64,000 nucleotides of DNA from Desulfobacterales bacterium. Its GTDB lineage: Bacteria; Desulfobacterota; Desulfobacteria; Desulfobacterales; UBA2174. The notes under the pieces were generated by a model. It was not told the origin of the DNA, searched no databases, and saw only the letters and a program-made list of their open reading frames with translations. Of the stretch, positions 11,211-21,550 are shown piece by piece. The stretch's first letter is position 1, and each line of letters opens with the position of its first letter. Location: assembly GCA_963668645.2 (NCBI GenBank), contig CAXXWC010000013.1, forward strand, positions 96,001 through 160,000. Direction: 5' to 3'. Made by a program: the position numbers and the translations under genes.

Positions 11211-11901
11211 AAGGCTCAATGTTCATTACGGCGATGTACAAGTCCTTTTCGATGTCTCTTTCGAGGTGGCCGAAGGCGAACTGGTTTCCATGGTGGGAGC
11301 CAACTCGGCCGGCAAATCGACCCTTTTAAGATGCCTTTCCGGGCTGCTCAAAAAGGCGACCGGCTCCATCAAATTCGACGGCCAGGAGCTCATCGGCACC
11401 CCGGCCTACGATATTGTCAAGCATGGCATCATCCATATCCCGGAAGGGCGACGCGTTTTCCCTCTGATGAGCGTTGAAGAAAATCTGCAGATCGGCGGCT
11501 ATTCCAAGCGTAAAGACGGTGAGATGGCCGACTTGGTCGTGCGCGCCTACGACATGTTCCCCCGCCTCAAGGGGTGCCGCCACCAGATGGCCGGTTCCTT
11601 GAGCGGTGGCGAGCAGCAGATGCTGGCCATTGCCCGTGGCTTGATGGGCAAACCGCGGTTGTTGACCGTGGATGAGCCGTCTCTCGGGCTTTCACCCATC
11701 TTGGTGGACGATACTTTCAAGATCCTGGAGCGGATCAAATCCACAGGGGTGACCATTTTGCTGGTGGAGCAAAACGTGGTTCGTGCCCTTAAGATGTCAG
11801 ACCGGGCCTATGTTATTGAAAATGGGAGAATTGTAATGCAGGGCCAGGGTGCCGAGCTTCTTCAGGACGACCATTTGCGCAAGGCATATATAGGAATGTG
11901 A
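11194..11901 (+). CDS. LIV-type ABC ATPase (LivF-like)
   Basis: GANSAGKST, PEGRRVF, LSGGEQQMLA, DEPSLGL. Confidence 0.92.
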   Translation: MLLTVERLNVHYGDVQVLFDVSFEVAEGELVSMVGANSAGKSTLLRCLSGLLKKATGSIKFDGQELIGTPAYDIVKHGIIHIPEGRRVFPLMSVEENLQIGGYSKRKDGEMADLVVRAYDMFPRLKGCRHQMAGSLSGGEQQMLAIARGLMGKPRLLTVDEPSLGLSPILVDDTFKILERIKSTGVTILLVEQNVVRALKMSDRAYVIENGRIVMQGQGAELLQDDHLRKAYIGM

Positions 11902-13295
11902 GGATGATCATTTTATTGGCAATAGATCTCGTTCTGATGGCGATAACGGCATACTTCGTCGTCGAGTCCGTAAAAGAGCAGGAACCCCGGGCACCGAAAG
12001 TCGGGTTATGGCTATTGGGTGTCTTAGCCGTATTGGCCCTTGCAATCCTTTTTGTCCCGACGCTGCGATTCTGGATCGCATTGGGCATGGGCCTGATGGC
12101 GGTGCTGGGTGCCATCTTGCTGATTCCGGGCAAGGGCAATCCAGGGGCCCGGGCAGGCGCAGACGGCCAGGTCGTCGGCCAGGTGGAGCGGTTTGACGAG
12201 CGGGACCATGTGTTTGCCCGCAACCGGTGCTTGCCCGAAGGTTCGGAGGTCTATCACCGATACTACAGCAAGTATCCTGACCGTGAAGCCCCCGACGCCC
12301 AGCGCCGGGCCAGGGGCGGCAATGTCGGCCGTCCCGGGAATATTGACTCCGGCTATCAACCCAACGTAGCCATGATGGGAGCCGCTTTTGGTATCCCACC
12401 GCTGTTTGGCCCCCGCGCCTACCCTGAACCGGTGAAGACCAAAGCGGATCTATCCCCCGGCCGGGCTACCGAAATTGTCAAAGGCTGGGCTTACCATTTA
12501 GGCGCCGATCTGGTGGGCGTGTGCCGTACCGCCCCTCGTTGGACATACTCCCACCGCGGGGAGATCTTTTATGAAAATTGGGAAGACTCGGGGCAGGCAT
12601 TGCCGGATCCGCTGCCTTTTGCCCTGGTTTTCGCCGTGGAGATGGACCACGCCAATATTGCCGCTGCACCCCATACCCCCACGGTGGTGGAGTCGGCCAC
12701 CAGCTATTCGAAAGGCGCCTGTATCTCCACCATCCTGGCGGACACGATCAGCGGCATGGGCTACCGCGCCGTGGCCGAGCACTCGCGCAATTACAACTCG
12801 CTCAGCGTCCCCATGGCCGTAAACGCTGGCTTGGGGGAAATGGGCCGCCTGGGCTATTTGATTGCCCCCAAATACGGCCCGCGGATACGAATTTTCGTCG
12901 TCACCACGGACCTTGAGCTGGTCCCCGACCAGCCCCTGGATTTAGGGGTTGCGGCCTTTTGCAAGCGTTGTAAGAAGTGTGCCGAATCCTGTCCTTCCAA
13001 ATCGCTGCCGCTGGGCGAGAAGGTGGTCATCAGGGGCGTGCGCAAATGGCAGATGGACGCCGAATCCTGCTATGCCTACTGGGCCAAGGCGGGTACCGAT
13101 TGCTCGGTATGCATGGCGGTCTGCCCCTTTGCCCGCCCCGATACGCTTCTCCATCGTTTGACCCGCCGGCTTATTGCCCATTCGGACATTGCCCGTTCTT
13201 TGCTTCCCCCTATCGACAATTTTATCTACGGCCGCCATTGGCACCCGCGAAAAGCGCCGGATTGGATCGATTATCCCAAGCCCGCGGATAAATAG
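11898..13295 (+). CDS. reductive dehalogenase-like cobalamin/2x[4Fe-4S] protein with N-terminal transmembrane helices
   Basis: GADLVGVC, AGLGEMGR.G.LI.PKYGPRIR, CKRCKKCAESCP and C..YW....TDCSVCMAVCP; about three hydrophobic N-terminal segments, no Tat RRxFxK motif. Confidence 0.8.
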   Translation: MRMIILLAIDLVLMAITAYFVVESVKEQEPRAPKVGLWLLGVLAVLALAILFVPTLRFWIALGMGLMAVLGAILLIPGKGNPGARAGADGQVVGQVERFDERDHVFARNRCLPEGSEVYHRYYSKYPDREAPDAQRRARGGNVGRPGNIDSGYQPNVAMMGAAFGIPPLFGPRAYPEPVKTKADLSPGRATEIVKGWAYHLGADLVGVCRTAPRWTYSHRGEIFYENWEDSGQALPDPLPFALVFAVEMDHANIAAAPHTPTVVESATSYSKGACISTILADTISGMGYRAVAEHSRNYNSLSVPMAVNAGLGEMGRLGYLIAPKYGPRIRIFVVTTDLELVPDQPLDLGVAAFCKRCKKCAESCPSKSLPLGEKVVIRGVRKWQMDAESCYAYWAKAGTDCSVCMAVCPFARPDTLLHRLTRRLIAHSDIARSLLPPIDNFIYGRHWHPRKAPDWIDYPKPADK

Positions 13296-14115
13296 CGATT
13301 TTTTACCAGTTCCGATGTAGACGCCCGGTCCCCGCAGGACCGGGCTAGAGATAAACAGGCCTGAAGAGGCAATGGTGTCGTTTTCTGCCCGATCTGTCGG
13401 AAGTTTTCGAACAGGCAGGTAGAGTAGTTCATAAACTGGCGCAGCCCGACAATCATGAATGATGTCGATTCTTCGCAAATCGGCTGGCGGCGGTTTGCAG
13501 ATAAGCTCGCAACACGTCAATCGATCAATCGATTTTTGTTCTTTTGATTTATCGATATCCGGCAGGCCTTCCTGTGGCACGTTTTAAAGAGAATACTGGT
13601 AATTCTTAAAAGCGGTCTTCTCTGGTTTTCAGCCAAATATTACCTGTTTCAGCAACCGGATCACTTCTTCCAGAGAGTCAATCCAGTCCTTGGGGCAGAG
13701 GAAAACCCCCGAAGGTAATCGGTCATTGCCTTCGAAGGTCATCTGTGACATTTTTTATGCCCGTTGAGAAGATGCACGTCGCCGAACGCTTGACCGGGCT
13801 GTCACATCGCCGGATGCCGGTTGATCAAGACATGCTGGCCAGCGAGATGTACCGTCGTGGGCATGAGGGGCGGAATGCGAATGATTTTCATGCCTGGGAC
13901 CGGCGCGACGGTGACACGTTGGTCAAGAGCCGGCACGAGAGGCCGGGCTGCCAGGCCAGGGGCGCGGCAAATATCCAAAAAGAGGTGGCGGAAACCCTGA
14001 CCGGGGATGCTGCTGCATCTGGATGGCAGCAGAAATCAAGGGGGTGCCGGCAATTAGTATTTATCTTTAATGATGGTTTTACCAACCCATGATGTGAGGC
14101 TAAAAATCAGGCATT

Positions 14116-14985
14116 ATGAAAGTCTACCAATCAATAGATGATAGCGTCACATTTTACACTTTGGCTGAAGAGGCTTTAAATGGAATTCTGATTGTGAGTC
14201 AAGATGCGATTCATTACACAAACCGCGCGTTTGAGGAAATCACCGGCTATAGTCGATCTGACGTTTTAAAAATGTCTCCATGGGATATGGTTCATCCGGA
14301 CGAACGATTGAAAGTCCGTGCTATGGGTTTGAACCGGCTGGAAAGAAGAGACACAAAGGACTATTATGAAACGCAGTGGATTCATAAGAGCGGCCGTAAA
14401 ATTTGGGTCGAAGTTCGAGCCTCCCTGCTGGAAAACACCAATCCACTAAAAATTCTCGTTAATATTATTGATATCAGTGAGCGGATAAAGACCACAAACG
14501 CGCTGAAACAGAGGGAGAATGCCATTGTAGCTCAGTCGAAGAAACTGGAAGAAACCAATACTGCTTTTAAGGTAATATTGCAACAGCGAAACATAGATTT
14601 AGACACTGTAGGGAAAAATATTCGTTTCAATATGGAAAAACTAATTATGCCCTATTTGGATGAACTTTTCACTTACCAGTCAAATCCAAAATGTAAGGCG
14701 CTTATACAGGCAGTAAAAGAGAATTTGAAAGAAATCACAGCCCCCCATGTTCGAAAAATGTCGACTCAGTACGAAAGACTCTCGCCTAAGGAGATAGAAG
14801 TCATTAACTTGATTCGGCAAGGAAAAAGATCAAAAGATATTGCTGAAATTATGGGTGTCAGCAAAGCAGCTATTGATTTTCACAGGAACAATATTCGAAA
14901 AAAACTTCACTTGCAGAATAAAAAAGTAAACCTTAGAACTTATCTTGACCTGAAAGTACCACCGTCTGTGGACTCCAAAGATTAG
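14116..14985 (+). CDS. PAS + LuxR-HTH transcriptional regulator
   Basis: N.AFEEITGYS PAS; LSPKEIEV..LIRQGKRSKDIA..HRNNIRKKL. Confidence 0.9.
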   Translation: MKVYQSIDDSVTFYTLAEEALNGILIVSQDAIHYTNRAFEEITGYSRSDVLKMSPWDMVHPDERLKVRAMGLNRLERRDTKDYYETQWIHKSGRKIWVEVRASLLENTNPLKILVNIIDISERIKTTNALKQRENAIVAQSKKLEETNTAFKVILQQRNIDLDTVGKNIRFNMEKLIMPYLDELFTYQSNPKCKALIQAVKENLKEITAPHVRKMSTQYERLSPKEIEVINLIRQGKRSKDIAEIMGVSKAAIDFHRNNIRKKLHLQNKKVNLRTYLDLKVPPSVDSKD

Positions 14986-15269
14986 ACGGTCTGATAGGGA
15001 GGGTATGGCCACATGGCGCTGAATAAATGCTTGCCCGTTCATCCCCGAAAAATGAATTAGTCAACAGATCTCTCTTTTTCAATTGGTTGGGCGGTATCCC
15101 CCGCTTTGACAGGCCAGGCTGTCATAGTTGAAATATCGACTGCTCCGCAAATTGGCAATGGGTGGTGGCCGTCTTTCCATCCAGAAGTCCGGTTTCCGCC
15201 CGAACGAATACGCCAGAGCATATGGTTGCGATATGAGAATCGTCGAGGTCGCAAGTTGTAGAATCGCCC

Positions 15270-15577
15270 AAGCCGGACGATCACCTGCTGGCGCGGATCT
15301 TATCCCGGGAAAACATGCTTCACGTATGGAAACAGGTCAAGGCCAACAAGGGCGATGCCGGGATCGACGGGGTGTCGAGCGAACATTTTCTTGATCTTGC
15401 CTGCACGGGGCTGCCGGAGTTGTCGAATCATTCGGTGGTGCGGGGAGCTGCTTTGGAAACTTCCCCATAGCCCAGGCTAATCCGTTTTAGATTCAAAAAC
15501 GCGAATATCGGATCGGTTTAGGGCCATTTATATCTCCAACCTTCTTGATTTATAATTTTTTTGATGGCCCGACCCCC
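15270..15577 (+). repeat. repeat copy 1: decayed group II intron RT N-terminus plus ~140 bp AT-rich element
   Basis: Translates DDHLLARILSRENMLHVWKQVKANKGDAGIDG; directly repeated at 16996-17298. Confidence 0.75.
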
Positions 15578-16953
15578 AGAACCCTATCGAGCCAACGGCA
15601 CCATGTTTTGAATTTGGCGTTCAAATAGCCACCCTGTTTCCCGATCGGAATTATCTCTCTGACATCCGGTGCTGGAAGATCTTCCTGCAAGGCATTTGCA
15701 GCTGCTCCCCACAAACTGGTCTCCTTTTCTTCACACAAAACCACCCTCAATCCGCTACATGCGGCCAACCCCTGCACTACAAAAGGTTCGGCTGACAGGC
15801 CTCCTGAAACAATCAGGCTGGAAAAGTCCGTGTGCTGCTGAAAGTCCAGGGCTATGCGGCAGACCCGAAAAATGATGCCCTCCATCACCGCCCGGCGAAG
15901 CAACTCATCGGGAAGATCATCGGTCTGCTGCGAAAAAATCAGATTCCGGTTGGACTGCCAGTAGGGTGCGCCGATACCGGCATTGTCCGGCAGGCAGAAC
16001 AACTCCGGAGCGGGATCGTGATCGGACAGGTCCGGCGACGGACCGGCATAGCGGGCCAGGGCAGGACCGATGGCATTGATGGTGCCTTCGAGGGCATATA
16101 AAATGTCGCCCCGAGGATTTCGGGAAACCGGGGCGCTCAGGTATCCTCTGGCGTGTGCAAACGTTGACCCTGTGGAAACCATCACAAAGCCACCTGTGCC
16201 CAGATTCAAAGCCATGGCCTTGGATTTCGCAGCTTGCGCGGTAATCAGGCTGGCTGCCTGATCCGCGCAGGATGCAGCCAACCGGCCGCCCCCCGAGAGT
16301 GAAATTGTCAGTCCGTGTGAAGAGACGATGGCCGGCAACAGGGAGGGCGGGATTCCATAAAATTTTAGAAGGGATGGATCCCAGCGCCCGCAACGGGCAT
16401 CCATCATCGCAGTGCGCGCGGCCATGCTGATATCGGTCTGATGGACATGCCCCTGGGTAAGCCGCCAGATAACGTAGGTGTCCAGGGTGCCGAAACAGAG
16501 TTCGCCTCTATGGGCTGCATCTTTCATCTCAACATCGGCGGACAGCAGCAGGGCCAGCTTGGGACCAACGTAATGGGGAGAGAGCGGCAATCCGGTACGT
16601 GCCGCCAGTGGTTCGTAAGCACTTAGATGGCGAACGCACCAATCAGCCGGCCGGCGGTCCTGCCAGGATATCATTGGAGTGACAGGACGTCCCGAGGATC
16701 TCTCCCACAACAGGAAGGATGACCGCTGGGAACTCAATCCCACGGGCACATCACGACTGCACCCGGTCATGATCTGTTCCAAGAGGGTTTCGGCTCTCTT
16801 TACGTAATCTTCGGCATCACATTGCCTAATCGGATCGTCTCCTTCCAGAGCGGGAGTATCAACACCAATCAAATTTGTCAGGCGACCTTCGGACCCAAGA
16901 TGGGCTGCTTTGATTCGCGTACTGCCCAGATCTAATCCAATTCCCATAGCCAT
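15550..16953 (-). CDS. FGGY-family carbohydrate kinase (glycerol-kinase-like)
   Basis: GLDLGSTRIKA, ISWQDRR, FGTLDTY, ADQAAS, NLGTGGF, GIGAPYW, VSGG. Confidence 0.85.
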   Translation of the reverse strand: MAMGIGLDLGSTRIKAAHLGSEGRLTNLIGVDTPALEGDDPIRQCDAEDYVKRAETLLEQIMTGCSRDVPVGLSSQRSSFLLWERSSGRPVTPMISWQDRRPADWCVRHLSAYEPLAARTGLPLSPHYVGPKLALLLSADVEMKDAAHRGELCFGTLDTYVIWRLTQGHVHQTDISMAARTAMMDARCGRWDPSLLKFYGIPPSLLPAIVSSHGLTISLSGGGRLAASCADQAASLITAQAAKSKAMALNLGTGGFVMVSTGSTFAHARGYLSAPVSRNPRGDILYALEGTINAIGPALARYAGPSPDLSDHDPAPELFCLPDNAGIGAPYWQSNRNLIFSQQTDDLPDELLRRAVMEGIIFRVCRIALDFQQHTDFSSLIVSGGLSAEPFVVQGLAACSGLRVVLCEEKETSLWGAAANALQEDLPAPDVREIIPIGKQGGYLNAKFKTWCRWLDRVLGVGPSKKL

Positions 16954-16995
16954 AATCAATAAACCCCTTTATGTCTTAATCTTTGGAAAGGGCAT

Positions 16996-17298
16996 ATGCT
17001 GGTGCGGATCTTATCCCGGGGAAACATGCTTCGCGCATGGAAACGGGTCGAAGCCAACGGAGGAGATGCCGATGTCGACGGGGCGGTGTCGATCGAACAG
17101 TTTCCGGATGTTGCCCGCACGGGGCTGCTGGAGTTGTCGAATCTTTTGGTGGTGTAGGAAGTTGGAGAAAATCTCCCTCTTACCCGAGATGAAATCATCC
17201 ATTTTAGATTCAAAAACGCGAGTATCGGGTCGTTTTAGGGCCATTATTTTCTCTAACATTATTGATTTATAATTCTTTTCATGGTTCGACCCCATGAT
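16996..17298 (+). repeat. repeat copy 2: decayed group II intron RT N-terminus plus ~140 bp element
   Basis: MLVRILSRGNMLRAWKRVEANGG.A.VDG; aligns with 15270-15577; the 3' part also matches 24500-24645. Confidence 0.75.
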
Positions 17299-17328
17299 CC
17301 CATGCTACAGCATTTGCCTTGTTAGCCT

Positions 17329-17943
17329 TTATTTTTGAAATGATGCTGTAACTACACCAGCACCCATTAACATTGTCCCGTTTGCTTTGTTGAAAGTACT
17401 TTGAAACCTTGGCGATTTAACCTTACTGCCTAAATAGCCGGAAAACGTAGAGTAAAACGTTGTACTTGCAACTGCAACAAGCAAGAACGATACTGTGATA
17501 ATTGTTAATTGAGGTATAACTGGCTTTTTAGTATCTATGAACAATGGGAAAAAAGCGCTGTAAAATATTATGCCTTTTGGATTCAAAGCTGTTACAAGCA
17601 TTGCATCCTTGAACATTTTGCCTTTTTTAATAGACATAGTTTTAAATTTTTCTGCATTTGATTTTGTGCGCCATGCTTTTATACCAAGATAAAACAAATA
17701 TGCTGCGGCGATCCATTTAAAAATATTGAACAAAATTGCTGATGTAGCTAGCAAAACACCTAAACCAGCGAACGATAAACTCATCGCGACCAGGTCGCCA
17801 GAAAGAACGCCTGTCACCAGAGGTACAACAGACTTCTTGCCATGATTCAAGGATTGCCCAATAACAAGAAGAACAGTAGGTCCAGGCGAAAAGCACAAAA
17901 TCAATGAGGCAAAAATAAACGAAATCCAAATTTCGATACTCAA
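17329..17943 (-). CDS. LysE/RhtB family exporter (distal cassette)
   Basis: SPGPT, ALNPKGIIFY; followed by the attC half-site GGCTAAC-AAGGC. Confidence 0.9.
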   Translation of the reverse strand: MSIEIWISFIFASLILCFSPGPTVLLVIGQSLNHGKKSVVPLVTGVLSGDLVAMSLSFAGLGVLLATSAILFNIFKWIAAAYLFYLGIKAWRTKSNAEKFKTMSIKKGKMFKDAMLVTALNPKGIIFYSAFFPLFIDTKKPVIPQLTIITVSFLLVAVASTTFYSTFSGYLGSKVKSPRFQSTFNKANGTMLMGAGVVTASFQK

Positions 17944-17961
17944 TTTCTTCTCCTTTGAGGG

Positions 17962-18086
17962 CTAATGGGGTGCAAGTCCCCTATGTGTGAACCCTGTTAC
18001 TGGTTGTAATCATTAGCATAAATATTAGCCGACGGCAAGGGCGTTCCCGCGATGGAGGGCGTTCGAAGGAAGTCCGAGCGCAAAAA
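17962..18086 (+). mobile_element. group IIC intron domain I remnant
   Basis: CTAATGGGGTGCAAGTCCCCT...AGCCGACGGCAAGGGCG, highly similar to the copies at 19256 and 20529. Confidence 0.75.
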
Positions 18087-18101
18087 CTCCTCCTTCCCTG
18101 A

Positions 18102-18584
18102 TTAACCGATGTTTTTGTATACAAAGAATCCGTGTCCCAGACTTGGATCTGGTTTGATTTTTTTGCTCAAAACAAAGCCGTTTCGTTCATAAAAATGATG
18201 GTTCCGAATTGAATAATCAGGAGTTTCAAGTACCCATAATGATTCAATTGAATACAGGTTCATCACACCCCTTAAAAGCTTGCTGCCGATCCCTTTTCCT
18301 ATAAAATTTCTGCTGAGAAATATCCCAAAGAGCTCATAATGATTTGGATGTGTTTTTACGATGCAACCACCAGCGATCGTATTATAAACCACACATTTGA
18401 AATAATCGTGGTTTCTCAACCAGTTCATGTGATAATGAATTTTGTTATTTCCAGGAGGACTTCCAGGTTTTACGTTGTCTGGTTTATACCTTTCATCATC
18501 AACAAACGCTGAAATTGCGCATAAACGCAACGCCTCTAAATCGTTTTCTTCAGCCATTTGAATAATTATATTATCATCTCTCAT
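18102..18584 (-). CDS. GNAT N-acetyltransferase (cassette)
   Basis: FIGKGIGSKLL, LETP, NHHFYERNGF. Confidence 0.85.
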   Translation of the reverse strand: MRDDNIIIQMAEENDLEALRLCAISAFVDDERYKPDNVKPGSPPGNNKIHYHMNWLRNHDYFKCVVYNTIAGGCIVKTHPNHYELFGIFLSRNFIGKGIGSKLLRGVMNLYSIESLWVLETPDYSIRNHHFYERNGFVLSKKIKPDPSLGHGFFVYKNIG

Positions 18585-18689
18585 GGCCGGCCAACGTCGC
18601 TGTTAAGCGTTGCCTCGCGATGGCTTTGTTGTGCCATCATTGTTGCCGAATAGCACCTTTTCAGCCAATTGCACATCACTGTGAAGAAA

Positions 18690-19238
18690 TCATCCTTTGC
18701 ATATGTTCGCATTATTCATATGCAACCATTCGACTTTATTTAATTTCATTCTTATGACATTCCAGCTTTCGTTTTGGAATTGTCGTGCATCTTTCATGAA
18801 TTGAAACTCAGCAAATCCTATGCTCCTGTAAACATCGATTGCAGGCGTATTAAAATCAAAAACTCCAAGGGTGATTTCAGCCAAATGCATATTTCCGAAG
18901 GCAAATTTGACAGCCTCCTCCACCATCGCTTTACCAAAACCATTACCACGATATTTTCGAAATATTAACACCCTACCGAGAATACAACTCCCAGCATTGT
19001 AATCAATATCCATCAGTTGAATATGACCTACGATTTCAATAGTATCCGATCTGATGACTCTGAAGGCTTTAAGCGGTGGTTTCTCTCCGTTGGTATTTGC
19101 CAAAGTATCATTTAACTGAGCAGCATCCAGAGGAAAGGTATATTTTGGACCTGCCCACTGAAGAAGAAACCGGGTGTCAGGAATTTCAGCTATCAACTGA
19201 CTAAAGTCGTCTTCGTTAAATGGCTGTAACTTTATCAA
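18690..19238 (-). CDS. GNAT (RimJ/RimL-like) acetyltransferase (cassette)
   Basis: QWAGP, YRGNGFGKAM, LGVFDFN.PA..VY.SIGF; TTG start after GGAG. Confidence 0.85.
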   Translation of the reverse strand: MIKLQPFNEDDFSQLIAEIPDTRFLLQWAGPKYTFPLDAAQLNDTLANTNGEKPPLKAFRVIRSDTIEIVGHIQLMDIDYNAGSCILGRVLIFRKYRGNGFGKAMVEEAVKFAFGNMHLAEITLGVFDFNTPAIDVYRSIGFAEFQFMKDARQFQNESWNVIRMKLNKVEWLHMNNANICKG

Positions 19239-19255
19239 TTCATGCTCCAGGATGT

Positions 19256-19440
19256 GTACGCCCGGCATGGGCGTAAACTAATGGGATGCAAGTCCCCTGT
19301 GTGTGAACCCTGTTAAAGGTTGTAATCATAAGCATAAACATTAGCCGACGGCAAGAGCGTTCCCGCGAGGGAACGTTCGAAGGAAGCCCGAGCGCAAAGC
19401 TGTGAGCCAAGCCTGCCCCGGACCTGATCCAGGGAACATA
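19256..19440 (+). mobile_element. group IIC intron 5' remnant
   Basis: Starts GTACGCCCGGCATGGGCGT (intron 5' end) and is truncated within domain I. Confidence 0.8.
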
Positions 19441-19582
19441 ATCATGCTCATGAGGCCACTGTACACAATGGAGCCGTTAGAGTTCAGATCGAATTTTTAA
19501 AGATCAACGACAACGCCACCAGCACCGGCAAGCCGGAGCCGACAATCGGCCTCAGGGGTGCCCCTAAATGGGATTGCACCCT

Positions 19583-20107
19583 CTACTTCATTATTTTTTC
19601 AAAACGGAAGAAATCTGCGAAATAATCAATATCAGGCAACTGTTCTTTTTCTTCTTTTTCATTTGGATCTTTATGATACTTATTAAAATACTCCACAATA
19701 TGGAAACCACATTTGTTTACATAGAAATGTATATTTCGTTTTTCAAAGTATGGAGTATGGGTTTCCCATACCTTGGTTTCGGGATATAATTTTTCAATCG
19801 TATTCCAAATAGACTGCCCTACGCCTTTACTGTGAATTCCTTTTTTAACATACAAAAAATTAAGATGATTATGTTGTGTTTTGTTATCTATCAAAACAAC
19901 AGCTCCGCCAACAAGATCTCCAGCAAGTAGAGCCTCGTAAGCAAAAGAACTTTTAGCAGAGAGAGAACGATCTATATGACTTTCGGGAAGTATCTCTATA
20001 TCTATTTCACTAAATCCATCAACTGCACCTTGTTGAAATGCTTCCTGCATATCTTTCTTAAATTGAGCCAAGTGTTTCGGGTTGAGTGGCAACAATTGAA
20101 AGTTCAT
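19583..20107 (-). CDS. GNAT N-acetyltransferase
   Basis: HSKGVGQSIW, WETHTPYFEKRNIHFYVNKCGF. Confidence 0.85.
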   Translation of the reverse strand: MNFQLLPLNPKHLAQFKKDMQEAFQQGAVDGFSEIDIEILPESHIDRSLSAKSSFAYEALLAGDLVGGAVVLIDNKTQHNHLNFLYVKKGIHSKGVGQSIWNTIEKLYPETKVWETHTPYFEKRNIHFYVNKCGFHIVEYFNKYHKDPNEKEEKEQLPDIDYFADFFRFEKIMK

Positions 20108-20461
20108 TCAGTATTCTCCCTATACTATAATTATTATGCCCAATACGATTGCGGTGAAACATAGCAATTATTTGCATTTAAATCTATGTATTTGTGATAT
20201 ATTCAATATTTGTAAAGATGTCGAACTGTCTCGAATAGGAAAGATGTTGTGCCTTCGGTATAGAAATAGGTTCATGAAATCTTTTTCCTCTGCTTTCGTA
20301 TAAACGGTATTAAGATCGCTATATGTAATTTACATATACTGAATAATATATTTTTTTGACGTAGATTCTTGGAACGATAGTAACTTATACGTTCTTCTAA
20401 AATAAACAATTCATTGATAACATGAATACTAATATTTTTTCCCGACGTGCGAGCAGCGCCG

Positions 20462-20528
20462 AGCTACGCCTGTTTCAGCGGTTTTGTGAGGAGCACAGCC
20501 ACGATCAAAATCCGCTGTAAACATTTGT
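20462..20528 (-). other. degenerate attC site, intron target
   Basis: TTTCAGCGGTTTTG...CAAAATCCGCTGTAAA inverted arms with an extra base, ending TTGT just before an intron 5' end. Confidence 0.65.
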
Positions 20529-20912
20529 GTATGCCCGGCACGGGTGTGAACTAATGGGGTGCAAGTCCCCTGTGTGTGAACCCTGTTAATGGCCGTAATC
20601 ATAAGCATAAACATTAGCCGACGGCAGGGGTGTGTCCGCGAGGGGGCGTTCGAAGGAAGCCCGAGCGCAAAGCTGTGGGGCAAGCCTGCCCTGGATCCGA
20701 TTCGGGGAACAGAAACATCATACAAGGTCCAGTCTACGGGTAAGCCAGCACAACATGGCAAAGCCTCGGGTTCAGGAGATAGGGTAAATGATGCGGTTGT
20801 GCGGCAACAGTTCACGTCCTTATCCGGGGCGGCCTGTCAGGCATGCGGCCCTCGGGCAGCGTCCGGTCCGGTAACGGCCCGGGTAATGTGGCAGGAGTCA
20901 GCAGAGGTCATA
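20529..20912 (+). mobile_element. group IIC-attC intron 5' half (domains I-III), truncated
   Basis: GTATGCCCGGCACGGG start; GAGTCAGCAGAGGTCATA near the end; no IEP follows. Confidence 0.8.
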
Positions 20913-20947
20913 AGGCGCAGGGCGCCAATAAGGTAGCGCATGGGCTA

Positions 20948-21253
20948 TTATCCTGTCTGAGCATGAAGAGAATGGACTTCGTCGTCAAGTCTGCCTGCCA
21001 AAAAATCCTCAGTCATCTCAAGATCGTATCGAGTTTGAAGATTAAGCCAAAACTGAGGTGACATGTCGAAATAACGTCCAAGCCGAAGAGCAGTGTCTGC
21101 TGTAATTGATCTTTTTCCATGCACGATTTCATTTATGCGCCTTGGAGGCACACTAATATCTTTTGCCAAACGATATTGACTGATTCCCATAGGCTCTAAA
21201 AATTCATCCATGAGAATTTCTCCAGGATGGATAGGGGGCAGTTGTTTGCTCAT
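20948..21253 (-). CDS. higA: HigA antitoxin
   Basis: PIHPGEIL..EFLEPMGISQYRLA..RINEIVHGKRSITADTALRL..FWLNLQ. Confidence 0.93.
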   Translation of the reverse strand: MSKQLPPIHPGEILMDEFLEPMGISQYRLAKDISVPPRRINEIVHGKRSITADTALRLGRYFDMSPQFWLNLQTRYDLEMTEDFLAGRLDDEVHSLHAQTG

Positions 21254-21261
21254 ATAACCTC

Positions 21262-21543
21262 CTAATGATAATCTGTTATCTCAACATCATAAGCATCACC
21301 ACCGCTCCACATAAAACAAATCCGCCATTGGTCGTTAATGCGTATGCTGTGTTGGCCTTTTCGGTCTCTTTCCAATGCCTCCAGTCGATTACCTGGTGGC
21401 GTGCTTAAATCATTCAATTGCACCGCAGCATCAAGAATTACCAATTTCTTCCTCGCAATACGCTGAATATCCTGAGGCAATTTTCTTGAAATTTGCCGGC
21501 TGAATATTTTTTCCGTCTCTTTATCTTGAAAGGATTTTATCAT
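21262..21543 (-). CDS. higB: HigB (RelE-family) toxin
   Basis: MIKSF.DKETEK..PPGNRLE.L..DRKGQHSIRINDQWRICF..VEITDYH. Confidence 0.93.
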   Translation of the reverse strand: MIKSFQDKETEKIFSRQISRKLPQDIQRIARKKLVILDAAVQLNDLSTPPGNRLEALERDRKGQHSIRINDQWRICFMWSGGDAYDVEITDYH

Positions 21544-21550
21544 TGCAAGA

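Noticed and set aside
13300..14100. Possible IS66 tnpC C-terminal trace (~13395-13440) and other ORF fragments
   Set aside because: Similarity too short and frameshifted to call
18589..18690. Complete attC between two GNAT genes
   Set aside because: Only the GTTGGCC-side half is recognisable; likewise near 19508-19550
20110..20450. AT-rich broken reading frame upstream of the GNAT
   Set aside because: Multiple stops; cannot assign a family
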